A stretch of DNA of 64,000 nucleotides. Source: an uncultured Candidatus Saccharibacteria bacterium. GTDB taxonomy: Bacteria; Patescibacteriota; Saccharimonadia; Saccharimonadales; 2-12-FULL-41-12. The notes under the pieces were generated by a model. It searched no databases. It was not told the origin of the DNA and saw only the letters and a list, made by a program, of their open reading frames with translations. A program made the position numbers and the translations under genes. The stretch spans positions 26,216-90,215 of the forward strand of contig CAYUFM010000001.1 of the NCBI GenBank assembly GCA_964444225.1, written 5' to 3'. Positions 54,765-64,000 of the stretch are shown one piece after another. Position 1 is the first letter of the stretch; the number at the start of each line of letters is the position of its first letter.

Positions 54765-56186
54765 ATGAAACGTAACTTTACTGTTTTTTATTCGTTAGTC
54801 TTGGTTTTGGGCGACTTTTTAGCGCTAGTTGTCGCGTTTACTACTGCTTATATTCTCCGTGTTAAGTACGACACTCGTCCACTTATTGAGCAAATCCCAG
54901 CCGAAACTTACCTATACGCTTTTATTACAGTTTTGCCACTATGGGTGTTGGTACACGGCTTTATTGGTTTGTATAGAAAAGAAATTTACGAAAACCGCTT
55001 TCGCGAGCTTGGCCGATTAATACTTGGCTCTGCTTTAGGTATGTTAGTAATAGTTGGCTACGACTTCGTAATTGACGACAACCTATTCCCGGCGCGCTTA
55101 GTTGCAGTTTATGGACTGGTGCTTAGTTTTATATTCTTGGTTTTATTCCGTGGTATTGCTAGGTTATTTAGAGCAATGGCTTTTTCTATTGGTTACGGCA
55201 TAGACAGAGTTTTAATTGTTGGTAGTGGCGAGGCTAGCGAGAGTATTATTGCAGAGATCAAAGACACTAAAAAAAGTGGCTACCAGATTGTAGGCTTGGT
55301 TACCAAAAAAGATTCAAAAGTTTATAAAACTTATCCAGACTTTAGCTCAGCTATAAAAGGCGTTGGGCGGCTTGATACTATAATCCAAACAGTCTTATAT
55401 AAAGCCCCTGAAAAAAACGAAAAGATTATGCATTATGCACAAACACATCATATTTCATACAACTTCACGCCGGGAAATAACGAACTTTTTGTTGGTAACC
55501 TAGAAGTTCAACTTTTCCGTGGCACACCAGTTGTTACAGTGCACCAGACGCCTTTAGTTGGCGAGGGCAAGGTAGTTAAGCGAACTTTTGACATAATCGT
55601 CAGCCTAGCTCTTATTGTTCTTCTTAGTCCAGTAATTTTGTTAGTCTCTATACTTCAAAAAATATTTTCACCCAGCTCTAGTGCAATGTTTAAGCAAACT
55701 AGACTTACCCAGTTTGACCGTGAATTTACAGCCTATAAATTCCGTACTATGAACCCAAAGCTCAGCGGAAAAAGTGCCGAGGAAGACTTTAAAAAAATGG
55801 GCCGAGAAGACCTAATCAAGACTTTCCGCGATGGCAACGACCACCTTGTTAATGATCCGCGTATTACAACTTTTGGCAGGTTTCTTAGACTTACTAGTAT
55901 CGATGAATTGCCCCAACTTTTTAATGTGCTAAAAGGCGATATCAGCCTAGTTGGTCCACGAGCATTAATTCCATCAGAGCTAAAAAACTACAGTCAAAAA
56001 CATAACATTCTTAGCATCAAATCCGGTCTGACCGGCCTAGCGCAAGTTTCTGGGCGCAAAAACATTAGCTTCGAGGAGCGACGAGCGCTAGACCTATACT
56101 ACGTACAAAACTGGAGTTTCTGGTTAGATATTACGATTTTACTTAAGACCCTGCGAGCAGTTATCAATGGCATCGGTGCAAAATAA
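54765..56186 (+). CDS. polyprenyl-phosphate sugar-1-phosphate transferase (WbaP/bacterial sugar transferase family)
   Basis: N-terminal TM block plus the C-terminal Bac_transf domain (KRTFDIIVSLALIVLLSPV...LPQLFNVLKGDISLVGPRA). Confidence 0.85.
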   Translation: MKRNFTVFYSLVLVLGDFLALVVAFTTAYILRVKYDTRPLIEQIPAETYLYAFITVLPLWVLVHGFIGLYRKEIYENRFRELGRLILGSALGMLVIVGYDFVIDDNLFPARLVAVYGLVLSFIFLVLFRGIARLFRAMAFSIGYGIDRVLIVGSGEASESIIAEIKDTKKSGYQIVGLVTKKDSKVYKTYPDFSSAIKGVGRLDTIIQTVLYKAPEKNEKIMHYAQTHHISYNFTPGNNELFVGNLEVQLFRGTPVVTVHQTPLVGEGKVVKRTFDIIVSLALIVLLSPVILLVSILQKIFSPSSSAMFKQTRLTQFDREFTAYKFRTMNPKLSGKSAEEDFKKMGREDLIKTFRDGNDHLVNDPRITTFGRFLRLTSIDELPQLFNVLKGDISLVGPRALIPSELKNYSQKHNILSIKSGLTGLAQVSGRKNISFEERRALDLYYVQNWSFWLDITILLKTLRAVINGIGAK

Positions 56187-57297
56187 GAACAAGCCAAAGG
56201 TTGCATTAGTACACGACTGGATTTATGGTGGTGGAGCTGAAAAAGTTGTAGAACAACTCCACAAAATTTACCCAGAAGCACCGATTTATACTTCGTACTG
56301 CACAGATGAATGGCGTCACCGATTAGATAATGTAGTGGTCACTGGCTACCTACAGCATTGGCCATTTAGTAAACTTCGCAAATTCCTACCCCTGCTTCGT
56401 CAATGGTGGTTTGCACGACTAGATCTTAGTGGTTATGACCTAATTATAAGCACTACAGGTAATGGCGAAGCCAAGTTTGTGCAGACACCAAAAGGCGCTA
56501 CTCATATCTGTTATTGCCATACTCCTCCCCATTTTTATTGGCGTAAGTATAAAGACTATTTGGCAAATCCAGGATTTGGAAAATTAAATTTTTTGGCTCG
56601 TGCTGGCTTGGTGGTCTTAGTTAAGCCACTACGCGAGCGCGACTACAGGGCTGCTCAAAAAGTCGACTATTTTATCGGCAATTCCAGCCATATTGTAAAT
56701 GATATTAAAACTTTTTATGGTCGTGATGCAGTAGCAATCTTCCCACCAATAGCTACCAGTAGATTTAACAAAATTGAACACTCTCCCGCTAAAGAACTTC
56801 GATTCATCGCCTGGGCTCGACATGTGCCCGACAAGAAGTTAGACCTAGCGGTGCAAGCCTGCAATAATCTGGGCTTAAATTTAGTCATAGTGGGCCAAGG
56901 CCCAGAAACCTCACGATTAAAAAGCCTTGCAGGACCGGCAACCACATTTGACAGTAACATCACAGATGCCCAGCTGGACCAATACATCGCCGAGTCAGAC
57001 GCATTAATATTTCCTAGCTTAGAAGATTTTGGAATTGTTCCAGTAGAAGCTATGGCGTCTGGCTTACCTGTTATCGCATACAAGGCTGGTGGAGCGCTAG
57101 ACTATGTAGTAGAGGGCAAGACCGGGATGTTTTTTGACAAACAAACTGTAAACAGCCTAGAGCAAGTACTTAAAAAGTTTGACCCTAAAAAATATGACCC
57201 TAAAACTATCAAAAAACACGCGGCTAAATTTTCTAACGAACAATTCTCTAGGAACTTTGTTTCTTTCGTTTCTTCGTTGCCAAAAGCAAAAAAGTAA
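56167..57297 (+). CDS. glycosyltransferase family 4
   Basis: GT-B fold with the EX7E region (EDFGIVPVEAMASGLPVIAYKAGGALDYV). Confidence 0.85.
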   Translation: MASVQNKNKPKVALVHDWIYGGGAEKVVEQLHKIYPEAPIYTSYCTDEWRHRLDNVVVTGYLQHWPFSKLRKFLPLLRQWWFARLDLSGYDLIISTTGNGEAKFVQTPKGATHICYCHTPPHFYWRKYKDYLANPGFGKLNFLARAGLVVLVKPLRERDYRAAQKVDYFIGNSSHIVNDIKTFYGRDAVAIFPPIATSRFNKIEHSPAKELRFIAWARHVPDKKLDLAVQACNNLGLNLVIVGQGPETSRLKSLAGPATTFDSNITDAQLDQYIAESDALIFPSLEDFGIVPVEAMASGLPVIAYKAGGALDYVVEGKTGMFFDKQTVNSLEQVLKKFDPKKYDPKTIKKHAAKFSNEQFSRNFVSFVSSLPKAKK

Positions 57298-60097
57298 CCA
57301 GCAGAGTAAAAGCTAAAATGCCAACTAGTAGATAGTATTTATAAACATTTGAATTGCTCGTAACTGGTTCTGTAGGCTTATCATTTATGTTGTCTTGTGG
57401 GACTGTTACCTGTCGAGCATCGTTATTAACAGCCACTGTTTCACTCAAGACTTGAGGGGTTGTTTCTGGGTCTGGTTCATTTATCTGAATATTACGAACA
57501 GTATTTACCGCCACAACAGCTGGCACTTGGCTACTGTTAGCTGACTGCAAAGGCTGTGGCCCTGGCGCAACCATTTCTTCGTTCCCCGCCACAGTCTCAC
57601 CATTCCCATCAATATCTTTCGGCGGCTCAGTAGGGCTGATCACCGGAACATCAATAATAACTTCTTCTTCAGGCTCTGGTAACGGATCTACGACACCGTC
57701 ACAAGCATCATCGATACCGTCTTGGTCTGTATCGGTTCCAATTGGCGTTACATAAACGCAGCCCTCGTCTTTGTCTAGTACTCCATCCCCATCAAAATCT
57801 GTCTCGCTCACACCAACAAAAAAATAATCGTAGACATCTACGCTCTGCCCAGTTTGAGACGTCCCATAAAAATGAATACTATGGTACCCCGGCTCGACAG
57901 TAGTTGGGATAGTCAACTCCAGACTAAGGTTACCGCTTCCATCTGTTGTAAAACTTCCTAAAGAGACAGGTGTTGAGTGTAGCTCTACTTTAACTAAACT
58001 GTTTGGCGTAAAATTGGATTCGTTCAAATTTACTAAAATCTTTTCGTTTCTCTTCTCTATTTCATCTAAGATAGCCGTCCAATAGATGGGATTAGCTAGT
58101 GATCTATTGGTTTTCTCTACCTGCCAAAACGGCTGGTCAAAACTAGGAAATGGAAATCCAGCCTCTGGCTGTTCGATTGGCATTGGCTTTCCTAAACTAT
58201 CTGTTTGAGAAATTATTTGGTTAGCAAAGATTATATGCGCGGATTGTTTGGGGTGGAGTGACTCTTTAGAAACTAGTCTAAAACCATCCCCATCAAAAAA
58301 ATCAGATAGTCCTTCTCCTACACCATGGACAAAAACTTCATCAGACGGTTTTTCACAAAGCCTGTACCCGCTCAAGCTTTCTTCGATATCTACATAAACC
58401 ACACCCGCTCTTTTAGCTGCTGTCTCTATGCCATCATTCAGAAGCTCTGTTAATTTATTAGCAAAATCTGCTTCAGAATTATTAAACTGTACATTTACAG
58501 CACAGTTGCCATTGTCTCCAATAATTTTTGGATAGCCAATCACATATATGCGATTATTATTGACCTTCAACTTCCGGTACGTATCCGCTAGTTTAGGTAT
58601 CAAATTATTGATTTCTATCAGTAGCTCTGCCCTATCCTCAAAAGTGTTAAAACAAGTACCATCACTAATATCTAGTAATATGCAGGACTTTATTTTGTCA
58701 GAAAATCCGATATCATTTCCGCCAATGGATATGGTGATTACTTCTGGGGCTTTTTCATTTATGAAAGTTTGCTGTGTTATTAGACCAGGATAAAAATTAT
58801 CAACTATTTCAATTACTCCAGCTAATGATCTATCCCTGTAGGCTGTACCATCGCCATACTGACCCTCATATTGTTCTAGCTTTTTACCCGCTAATAAAAC
58901 ATCTTCAGTTGTTGCTCCCGAACAAGCTACAGAATCGTAACTTTCTGAATTTACAGACGGTCCAACCAAATACTGATAAGCAGACCTTGATACGTGACAC
59001 ATATTTTCTGGCATATCTGTATATGGTTTGTAGTTATAAGCTCCTTCGCCAGATGCAAAAGAATCTCCCATGCCAAGATAATGCATCTCGTATAGCGGAG
59101 CATCGCCTATGGTAATTCGATACTGCCTATTAACAACACTGCTCCCGACAAGCTTATCTGCAAAATATGTCAAAGCTTTATCTGACGTAAATCTAATTCG
59201 TAACATTGCCCCGCCGAAGTCATCTGTTTTTGCCAGCCGTTCATCATTTAATTGTCTGGATTTACAATTTTTTAGATGACTATTTGCGCCTACACCATCA
59301 ATACAATCTTCTAAATCATAGATGATTTGTGAGTTTAGTCTTGAGAATATAGCATATCGTCCATCGCTAGAGATCGCAGTTTTGTATCCCGGGTCAGTGC
59401 CGTTGCCATAAAAAAACTTTATGCCGAAAGGCTTAATTGTTCCGTCTTTCAAATTCAATCTTACGTGTCCATAATTTTGAGCATCGAAAACCGCCCAGTC
59501 ACCATCAGCCGAGAACGCAAGGGTGCTACTCATCATTATTAATTTTTGTCCAAGAGCATTATTTATTGGCACCGCATTACCAGAATTAGTAACAGTGTGA
59601 GTAATAGTGAGGTCAAGATTCTTTTTGCTATCAATTAATAACGAGCTCATCATTTTTAGGTAAACTCCTCCACTTGTAGGCGAGGTACTGTCAGCTATCA
59701 AAAAATTCTTAGAATTATTACTGGCTATAAGCGCATCTTTTGGAGACGTAAATTTTAGTAGACCCGCCTGATTACTACCATTAAGTTGTAAATACCCACC
59801 TCCATAAACGCCAATATTTGTATCATTGGCGCAAACAGTAGTTTTCTGGGCAGGAATCAATGAAAAGAATAACGATTCTTTAATAATCATTTCTCTCATA
59901 AAACAATCCATATTAAGACCTTGGTGTGTGGTAGGTAATTGTGCTGCGCTTATATTATCTTTGAGTTTCTCGAATCTTAAATCAGCCGAAGTAACCCAGT
60001 TATTGTCTTCTGCAAGTACGTTAGGCGTTAAGTTGTTTCCAATAGTAAATAAACCAACTATCATCACAACAATAATTGCATTTATACTTTTGAACAA
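57248..60097 (-). CDS. large surface-anchored protein with SGNH/GDSL hydrolase domain, Ca-binding Asp-rich repeats and C-terminal TM
   Basis: Signal peptide; GDSx motif YLGMGDSFASGEG; thrombospondin-type-3-like DFDGDGVLDKDE...DTDQDGIDDACDG; C-terminal TM anchor plus KKRKK. Confidence 0.6.
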   Translation of the reverse strand: MFKSINAIIVVMIVGLFTIGNNLTPNVLAEDNNWVTSADLRFEKLKDNISAAQLPTTHQGLNMDCFMREMIIKESLFFSLIPAQKTTVCANDTNIGVYGGGYLQLNGSNQAGLLKFTSPKDALIASNNSKNFLIADSTSPTSGGVYLKMMSSLLIDSKKNLDLTITHTVTNSGNAVPINNALGQKLIMMSSTLAFSADGDWAVFDAQNYGHVRLNLKDGTIKPFGIKFFYGNGTDPGYKTAISSDGRYAIFSRLNSQIIYDLEDCIDGVGANSHLKNCKSRQLNDERLAKTDDFGGAMLRIRFTSDKALTYFADKLVGSSVVNRQYRITIGDAPLYEMHYLGMGDSFASGEGAYNYKPYTDMPENMCHVSRSAYQYLVGPSVNSESYDSVACSGATTEDVLLAGKKLEQYEGQYGDGTAYRDRSLAGVIEIVDNFYPGLITQQTFINEKAPEVITISIGGNDIGFSDKIKSCILLDISDGTCFNTFEDRAELLIEINNLIPKLADTYRKLKVNNNRIYVIGYPKIIGDNGNCAVNVQFNNSEADFANKLTELLNDGIETAAKRAGVVYVDIEESLSGYRLCEKPSDEVFVHGVGEGLSDFFDGDGFRLVSKESLHPKQSAHIIFANQIISQTDSLGKPMPIEQPEAGFPFPSFDQPFWQVEKTNRSLANPIYWTAILDEIEKRNEKILVNLNESNFTPNSLVKVELHSTPVSLGSFTTDGSGNLSLELTIPTTVEPGYHSIHFYGTSQTGQSVDVYDYFFVGVSETDFDGDGVLDKDEGCVYVTPIGTDTDQDGIDDACDGVVDPLPEPEEEVIIDVPVISPTEPPKDIDGNGETVAGNEEMVAPGPQPLQSANSSQVPAVVAVNTVRNIQINEPDPETTPQVLSETVAVNNDARQVTVPQDNINDKPTEPVTSNSNVYKYYLLVGILAFTLLVTFLLLATKKRKKQSS

Positions 60098-60149
60098 AAC
60101 CTATTAACTCCTGTAATTTCAGGGGTAATTATACCATTTAGCAATAACT

Positions 60150-60767
60150 TTATCTAACCGGAAAATGCTCAGCTTTTGCTTTTCCTATCAAATAGCAATC
60201 AAAATTGATGCTTAAACTTTTTGATAAAGACTTATACCCTATTGATGACGAGCATCTTAAGTCTTTTTCTTCTGTTGTTTCAAGAATATAGGTTCTGATA
60301 TAATCTTCGTCATTGTATGCTTCATTTTCTTCGAAAATCGTATCATTTCTTTTTGAAGAATTACCATTTTCGAATTTCACATTTTGATTTTTTTCAACCA
60401 GTTCTTTGAGTCGGTTTGCATCACTGACGCTCTGGTTTGCGATATTTATTGTCTCAGACACATAACAAGACCTGTCGCCTTTTTCAAATTTTTGATTTGA
60501 GTACTTACAATATTCTTCACTTTGTCTATCAGATGGCGGAAATTCTGCAGCAACCCTATCTCCTAGTTCTTTAATCTGTTTTTGTTTGGTGGTGAACTGA
60601 CGTTTTTCTAGATAAATCGTGGTATATTTGTAGCCAAAAAACAGCAAAATAGCCACAATTACCATTAAAAACAACGGGTGTAGTCCAAGATACCTTTTTA
60701 CCGTAAAAGTCTTCCCGAAAAGATATAACTTCTCAGACTTTATTTTTTTATTCCCAGGTTTAACCAT
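60150..60767 (-). CDS. membrane-anchored hypothetical protein
   Basis: One N-terminal TM. 205 aa. Confidence 0.4.
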   Translation of the reverse strand: MVKPGNKKIKSEKLYLFGKTFTVKRYLGLHPLFLMVIVAILLFFGYKYTTIYLEKRQFTTKQKQIKELGDRVAAEFPPSDRQSEEYCKYSNQKFEKGDRSCYVSETINIANQSVSDANRLKELVEKNQNVKFENGNSSKRNDTIFEENEAYNDEDYIRTYILETTEEKDLRCSSSIGYKSLSKSLSINFDCYLIGKAKAEHFPVR

Positions 60768-60787
60768 AACTAATATTGTATCGCAAC

Positions 60788-61258
60788 TTAGAGGAATTTT
60801 GTGTAATCAAAATCTGATGCGTCTGGATCTACGATTTTATTCATCAAGCCATCTCTTTCCGGAACCATATGTAGGTGCAGATGGGTAGGTTTTTTAATAT
60901 TAGAATGCGGATCAAACCCATCTTCTCTTTCTCTCCAAAAATAAAAGAACATATATATTAGATCCTCAAGTAGTGGGTTTATCTTTTCTTTGTAGGTTTT
61001 CTCTGCATAATTTTTCAGTTCGCTTAGTTCTTCAAATTCCTCCAATTTAAGCTCTTCTATCTTCTCGATGTGGCTCTTAGGAATAAACATTGTGTGCCAC
61101 TTCCAATAAGGAGCTAAGTTTGCAATCCAGACCCAACTTTTTGTTTCTTTTAAGACTATCTGCCTACTATTGTAGTCACAAAATTGACAAGTAGTATCAG
61201 GATTTTCCTTAAGATAATCTAAGTACTGCTTCCTGTTCATTATTTTGAGATTACTCAT
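60788..61258 (-). CDS. HIT-family protein (nucleotidyl transferase/hydrolase)
   Basis: Histidine triad HLHLHMVP near the C-terminus. CQFC near the N-terminus. Confidence 0.55.
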   Translation of the reverse strand: MSNLKIMNRKQYLDYLKENPDTTCQFCDYNSRQIVLKETKSWVWIANLAPYWKWHTMFIPKSHIEKIEELKLEEFEELSELKNYAEKTYKEKINPLLEDLIYMFFYFWREREDGFDPHSNIKKPTHLHLHMVPERDGLMNKIVDPDASDFDYTKFL

Positions 61259-61337
61259 AATATTTATTACTTACTGTTAGTAATTTTATGACTAGTGTTA
61301 TTTCTTTACAAGACTCTATGTCTTTTAAGAAAATTGC

Positions 61338-62678
61338 TTAAGTTCTGATTAAATCTAGAAGTTCTTGAGTTTTTGCGTCTACTAACTCCCTGGAGGTCGC
61401 CTCAACAGTCAGGCGCACTAGTGGCTCGTTGTCAGATGGACGCACTACAAAGTGCCAGTCTGGATAACGGATTGCCACCCCAGAAATTTCATTTAGCTCA
61501 CCATCACTATATTTTGCCCTTACTGCATCGAGTGTCTTTTGAGAATCAGTCACTTGTGAATTTATCTCACCAGAAAGGAAATATTTACCCTCTAGCTCAG
61601 ATATTTTGTCAGACAGTTTACCACCCAAACTGGACACATAAGAAAGTAAGGTTAATCCTGATAAGACACCGGAATCGGCAAACCAAAAATCTTTAAAGTA
61701 ATAGTGTCCAGACACTTCACCGCCAAAAGGAATATTACGAGCTTGCATTTCGCGCTTTATATACACGTGACCTGGTTTCCAAATAAACGGAACTCCACCG
61801 CTTTCTGTAACCATATCTGGCACAGCATCAGACGCACGCACATCATACAAAATAGTGGCACCTGGACTTCTTTTGAGCTCCTCTACACCTAAAAGCGCAG
61901 TGATCCAGTCACCGGGCACAGAAACCCCTCTGTCATCCACCAATAAGCACCTATCGCCGTCTGGGTCAAAGATAAGCCCCATATCAGCGCTTGCTTCTTT
62001 AACTTTTGCGCGCAACATTTCCTGGTTTTCTGGCTGGACAATGTCGTTACCGTGGTTGGGAAAGTTACCATCAGGCTCAAAACAAAGCTCGATCATTTCT
62101 ATCGGTAATTTCTGCGCTAATTTTTTCCAGACAGGCCCCATGGCGCCGTTGCTGGTATCTATTACAACTTTGAGTGGTTTGATTTTACTGGCCGGAACTA
62201 GGGTTAGCATGTGGTCAATAAAATTATCCGTTACAGACTCTCTTGTAACTGCGCCTACCCTTTCACTGTCTTCATAAGTTTTATCAATTATTTGTGGCAT
62301 AAATTCTTTGGCCATAACAAAATATGGCATTTCTTTTACCATTTTGAAGCCATTATATTCTTTGGGATTATGAGAGGCCGTTACCATGATCCCGGGCAAA
62401 CTTTTGCTACCACACGCATAGTAAAATTCATCTGTACTCACCTGACCAATATCTATAACATTGACACCCGATTTGGTAAGACCTTCAATCACAGCAGATG
62501 CAAACTCCAGGCCAGTCAACCGAACGTCTCGCCCAACTACAGCTGTTTCGCACTTAAGTTCGTGAGCAAATGCCCTGGCTACTTGCTGAGCAGCCCCTAC
62601 ATCTATTTGATCCGGCACAACCCCCCGAATGTCATAAGCCTTAAAAACTCCTGGGTCAATATGAAACTCTAAGCTCAT
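61338..62678 (-). CDS. phosphomannomutase/phosphoglucomutase
   Basis: Active-site loop TASHNPKEYNG, metal site FDPDGDRC, sugar site GGEVSGHYYF. Confidence 0.85.
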   Translation of the reverse strand: MSLEFHIDPGVFKAYDIRGVVPDQIDVGAAQQVARAFAHELKCETAVVGRDVRLTGLEFASAVIEGLTKSGVNVIDIGQVSTDEFYYACGSKSLPGIMVTASHNPKEYNGFKMVKEMPYFVMAKEFMPQIIDKTYEDSERVGAVTRESVTDNFIDHMLTLVPASKIKPLKVVIDTSNGAMGPVWKKLAQKLPIEMIELCFEPDGNFPNHGNDIVQPENQEMLRAKVKEASADMGLIFDPDGDRCLLVDDRGVSVPGDWITALLGVEELKRSPGATILYDVRASDAVPDMVTESGGVPFIWKPGHVYIKREMQARNIPFGGEVSGHYYFKDFWFADSGVLSGLTLLSYVSSLGGKLSDKISELEGKYFLSGEINSQVTDSQKTLDAVRAKYSDGELNEISGVAIRYPDWHFVVRPSDNEPLVRLTVEATSRELVDAKTQELLDLIRT

Positions 62679-62680
62679 TA

Positions 62681-63133
62681 CTACTCCTCGTGACCGTTGG
62701 CCTGATTAATTCTAGTGGATGAATCTCGCTTTTCTACCTCGTGACTACCAACTCCAAAAACTATCTCTATATTATGCTTTTTGCATACTTCTAGTTCCGG
62801 CTCGGGCATCGCAACGGTACTAGACCTATCCCCGCCTTTTGCAAAAATTAGTTCATCATTAGGATATTTTTTGCCAAGCATATCTAAGGTTTCTGTCTGA
62901 TAAGTATTTTTTGTATCCAGGGCTAAGATAGCTTCATCCACACCCTTAAGGGCTTTTATTAGACGAAGTCTATTCTGCTCATCAAGGATAATTTTACCCT
63001 TCTTCATTATCTGTTGCTTGTCATTATTAACTGAGATAATCAATTTATCTCCTAACTCGGCTGCGGCCTCAATTAAATCTAAATGACCGCCGTGTAATGG
63101 ATTGAAATAGCCACTAGTAATAACAATCTTCAT
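62681..63133 (-). CDS. cytidylyltransferase-like nucleotidyltransferase (TagD/HldE-C-like)
   Basis: HxGH motif TSGYFNPLHGGHLDLI. 150-aa Rossmann-like fold. Confidence 0.65.
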   Translation of the reverse strand: MKIVITSGYFNPLHGGHLDLIEAAAELGDKLIISVNNDKQQIMKKGKIILDEQNRLRLIKALKGVDEAILALDTKNTYQTETLDMLGKKYPNDELIFAKGGDRSSTVAMPEPELEVCKKHNIEIVFGVGSHEVEKRDSSTRINQANGHEE

Positions 63134-63230
63134 AAGCTCTTAATATTATACCAATACCGGTTGTTGTAAATTTATAATTGTGCCAAACTGCTTTAGTTTA
63201 TTGAAAAAAATAGAGTTATAATTTTTATCT

Positions 63231-64000
63231 ATGCAAGCTCTTGAAACAAAAAATAGCGCGCCGCACATTGCGCTAATTGGCGGAGGATCGGGTAGCTTTA
63301 CTATCCTGCAAGAGCTTAGACACTTCACGCCCAACATTTCTGCAATCGTTAACATGTCTGACGACGGCGGGTCAACTGGCAGGTTAAGGGACGAACACGG
63401 TGTTTTGCCTCCTGGCGACATCAGGCAATGCCTTGTAGCCTTGAGCAAATCAGATATAGCTAGGGATATTTTTGATGTAAGATTTAGCGAAGGCGAACTT
63501 GCGGGCCACTCGCTGGGCAATATGATTTTAGCCGGCCTAGAGATGAAGTATGGCGATTTTGAGCAAGCTGTTCGTACAGCCAGCACAATGTTAGATGTTG
63601 TAGGCGAAGTAATCCCTGTGACTACCACAAAACATGACCTGTTAATGCACGATGGCAGCGAAGTTATCCGGGGCGAATCAGAAATAGGCCATCGAAAAAT
63701 TAATTCTACTAGTGCCAAAGTTTCGCATGACCCACCCGCTAATCTAAACCCAAGGGCAAAAAACGCCATACAATCAGCCGATATCGTTGCTATTGCCCCA
63801 GGTAATCTTTATGGATCACTTTTACCCGCTTTGGCTGTAAGTGGGTTGTCTCAGGCTTTACAAGAATCTAAATCCAGAAAAGTTATGATAGCCAACCTAG
63901 TAACTAAACCCGGACAGACCGACGGCTGGCATGTTGTTGATTACCTCAAAAAAATTGAAGAATACGTAGGAGCTAATACCGTCGATACAGTTTTGTACAA
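63231..64000 (+). CDS. yvcK: gluconeogenesis factor YvcK/CofD-like (UPF0052), 3'-truncated by the window edge
   Basis: IALIGGGSGSFTILQEL...AIVNMSDDGGSTGRLRDEHGVLPPGDIRQCLVAL matches the UPF0052 N-terminus. It is preferred over the antisense 207-aa ORF (63146..63769), which has no features. Confidence 0.7.
   Translation, partial: MQALETKNSAPHIALIGGGSGSFTILQELRHFTPNISAIVNMSDDGGSTGRLRDEHGVLPPGDIRQCLVALSKSDIARDIFDVRFSEGELAGHSLGNMILAGLEMKYGDFEQAVRTASTMLDVVGEVIPVTTTKHDLLMHDGSEVIRGESEIGHRKINSTSAKVSHDPPANLNPRAKNAIQSADIVAIAPGNLYGSLLPALAVSGLSQALQESKSRKVMIANLVTKPGQTDGWHVVDYLKKIEEYVGANTVDTVLY

Noticed and set aside
63146-63769. 207-aa minus-strand ORF at the window end
   Set aside because: It is antisense to a much better supported yvcK/UPF0052 gene on the plus strand. 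It has no motifs and its composition resembles translated antisense sequence.
1-64000. CRISPR arrays, IS elements, transposases, integrases and rRNA genes
   Set aside because: None found. No regularly spaced direct repeats, no DDE or Tyr/Ser recombinase motifs, and no rRNA-like GC-rich blocks were seen in either strand.

Overview
This is a 64-kb window that looks like an AT-rich chromosomal region of a small-genome bacterium, mostly on the minus strand. The gene content is consistent with a Patescibacteria/CPR-like (Saccharibacteria-like) organism, but that assignment is low-confidence. The standard genetic code applies: long ORFs are intact, and TGA, TAA and TAG are all used as stops. Hand-located short features below are approximate to +/-1-2 nt.

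Housekeeping genes: NUDIX hydrolase; an hrcA-grpE heat-shock operon with a degenerate CIRCE operator; two tandem guanylate-kinase-like genes; lepA, murJ, ftsH and tilS; a Ham1-like NTP pyrophosphatase and a histidine phosphatase; three CAU-anticodon tRNAs (elongator Met, initiator-like fMet, and an Ile2-like substrate for TilS); an ABC exporter pair; a Y-family DNA polymerase with a coupled upstream small ORF; an OmpR/histidine-kinase two-component system; a type IV pilin-like gene; dus, murC, a MazG-like gene and mscS; an S8 subtilase, a DsbA-like oxidoreductase and a CPA2 antiporter with an RCK domain; uppP; and a cell-envelope glycan cluster (GtrA, polyprenyl-phosphate sugar transferase, GT4, surface SGNH hydrolase, HIT-like, phosphomannomutase, cytidylyltransferase, partial yvcK).

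Most unusual locus (34.5-39.6 kb): two divergent operons. One encodes a HExxH-zincin plus vWA protein; the other encodes a MoxR/CbbQ-type AAA+ ATPase. Each is followed by a paralogous gene of about 300 aa. The two paralogs share a 492-bp inverted repeat (one mismatch) and then diverge to unrelated C-termini. A perfect TTGACA-N17-TACAAT promoter, overlapped by a 15-bp palindrome, sits between the operons.

Other notable observations: a probable DNA-uptake operon (membrane-anchored DUF1524-like nuclease, ComEC, lamin-tail-domain surface protein); an HxlR/YodB-like regulator whose 23-bp palindrome recurs upstream of two detoxification genes 8.5 kb apart; partial 5' and 3' copies of the tRNA-Met gene flanking the intact gene; a 143-codon ORF interrupted by a single in-frame TGA; and a GC-rich 270-nt intergenic island that may be a structured RNA.
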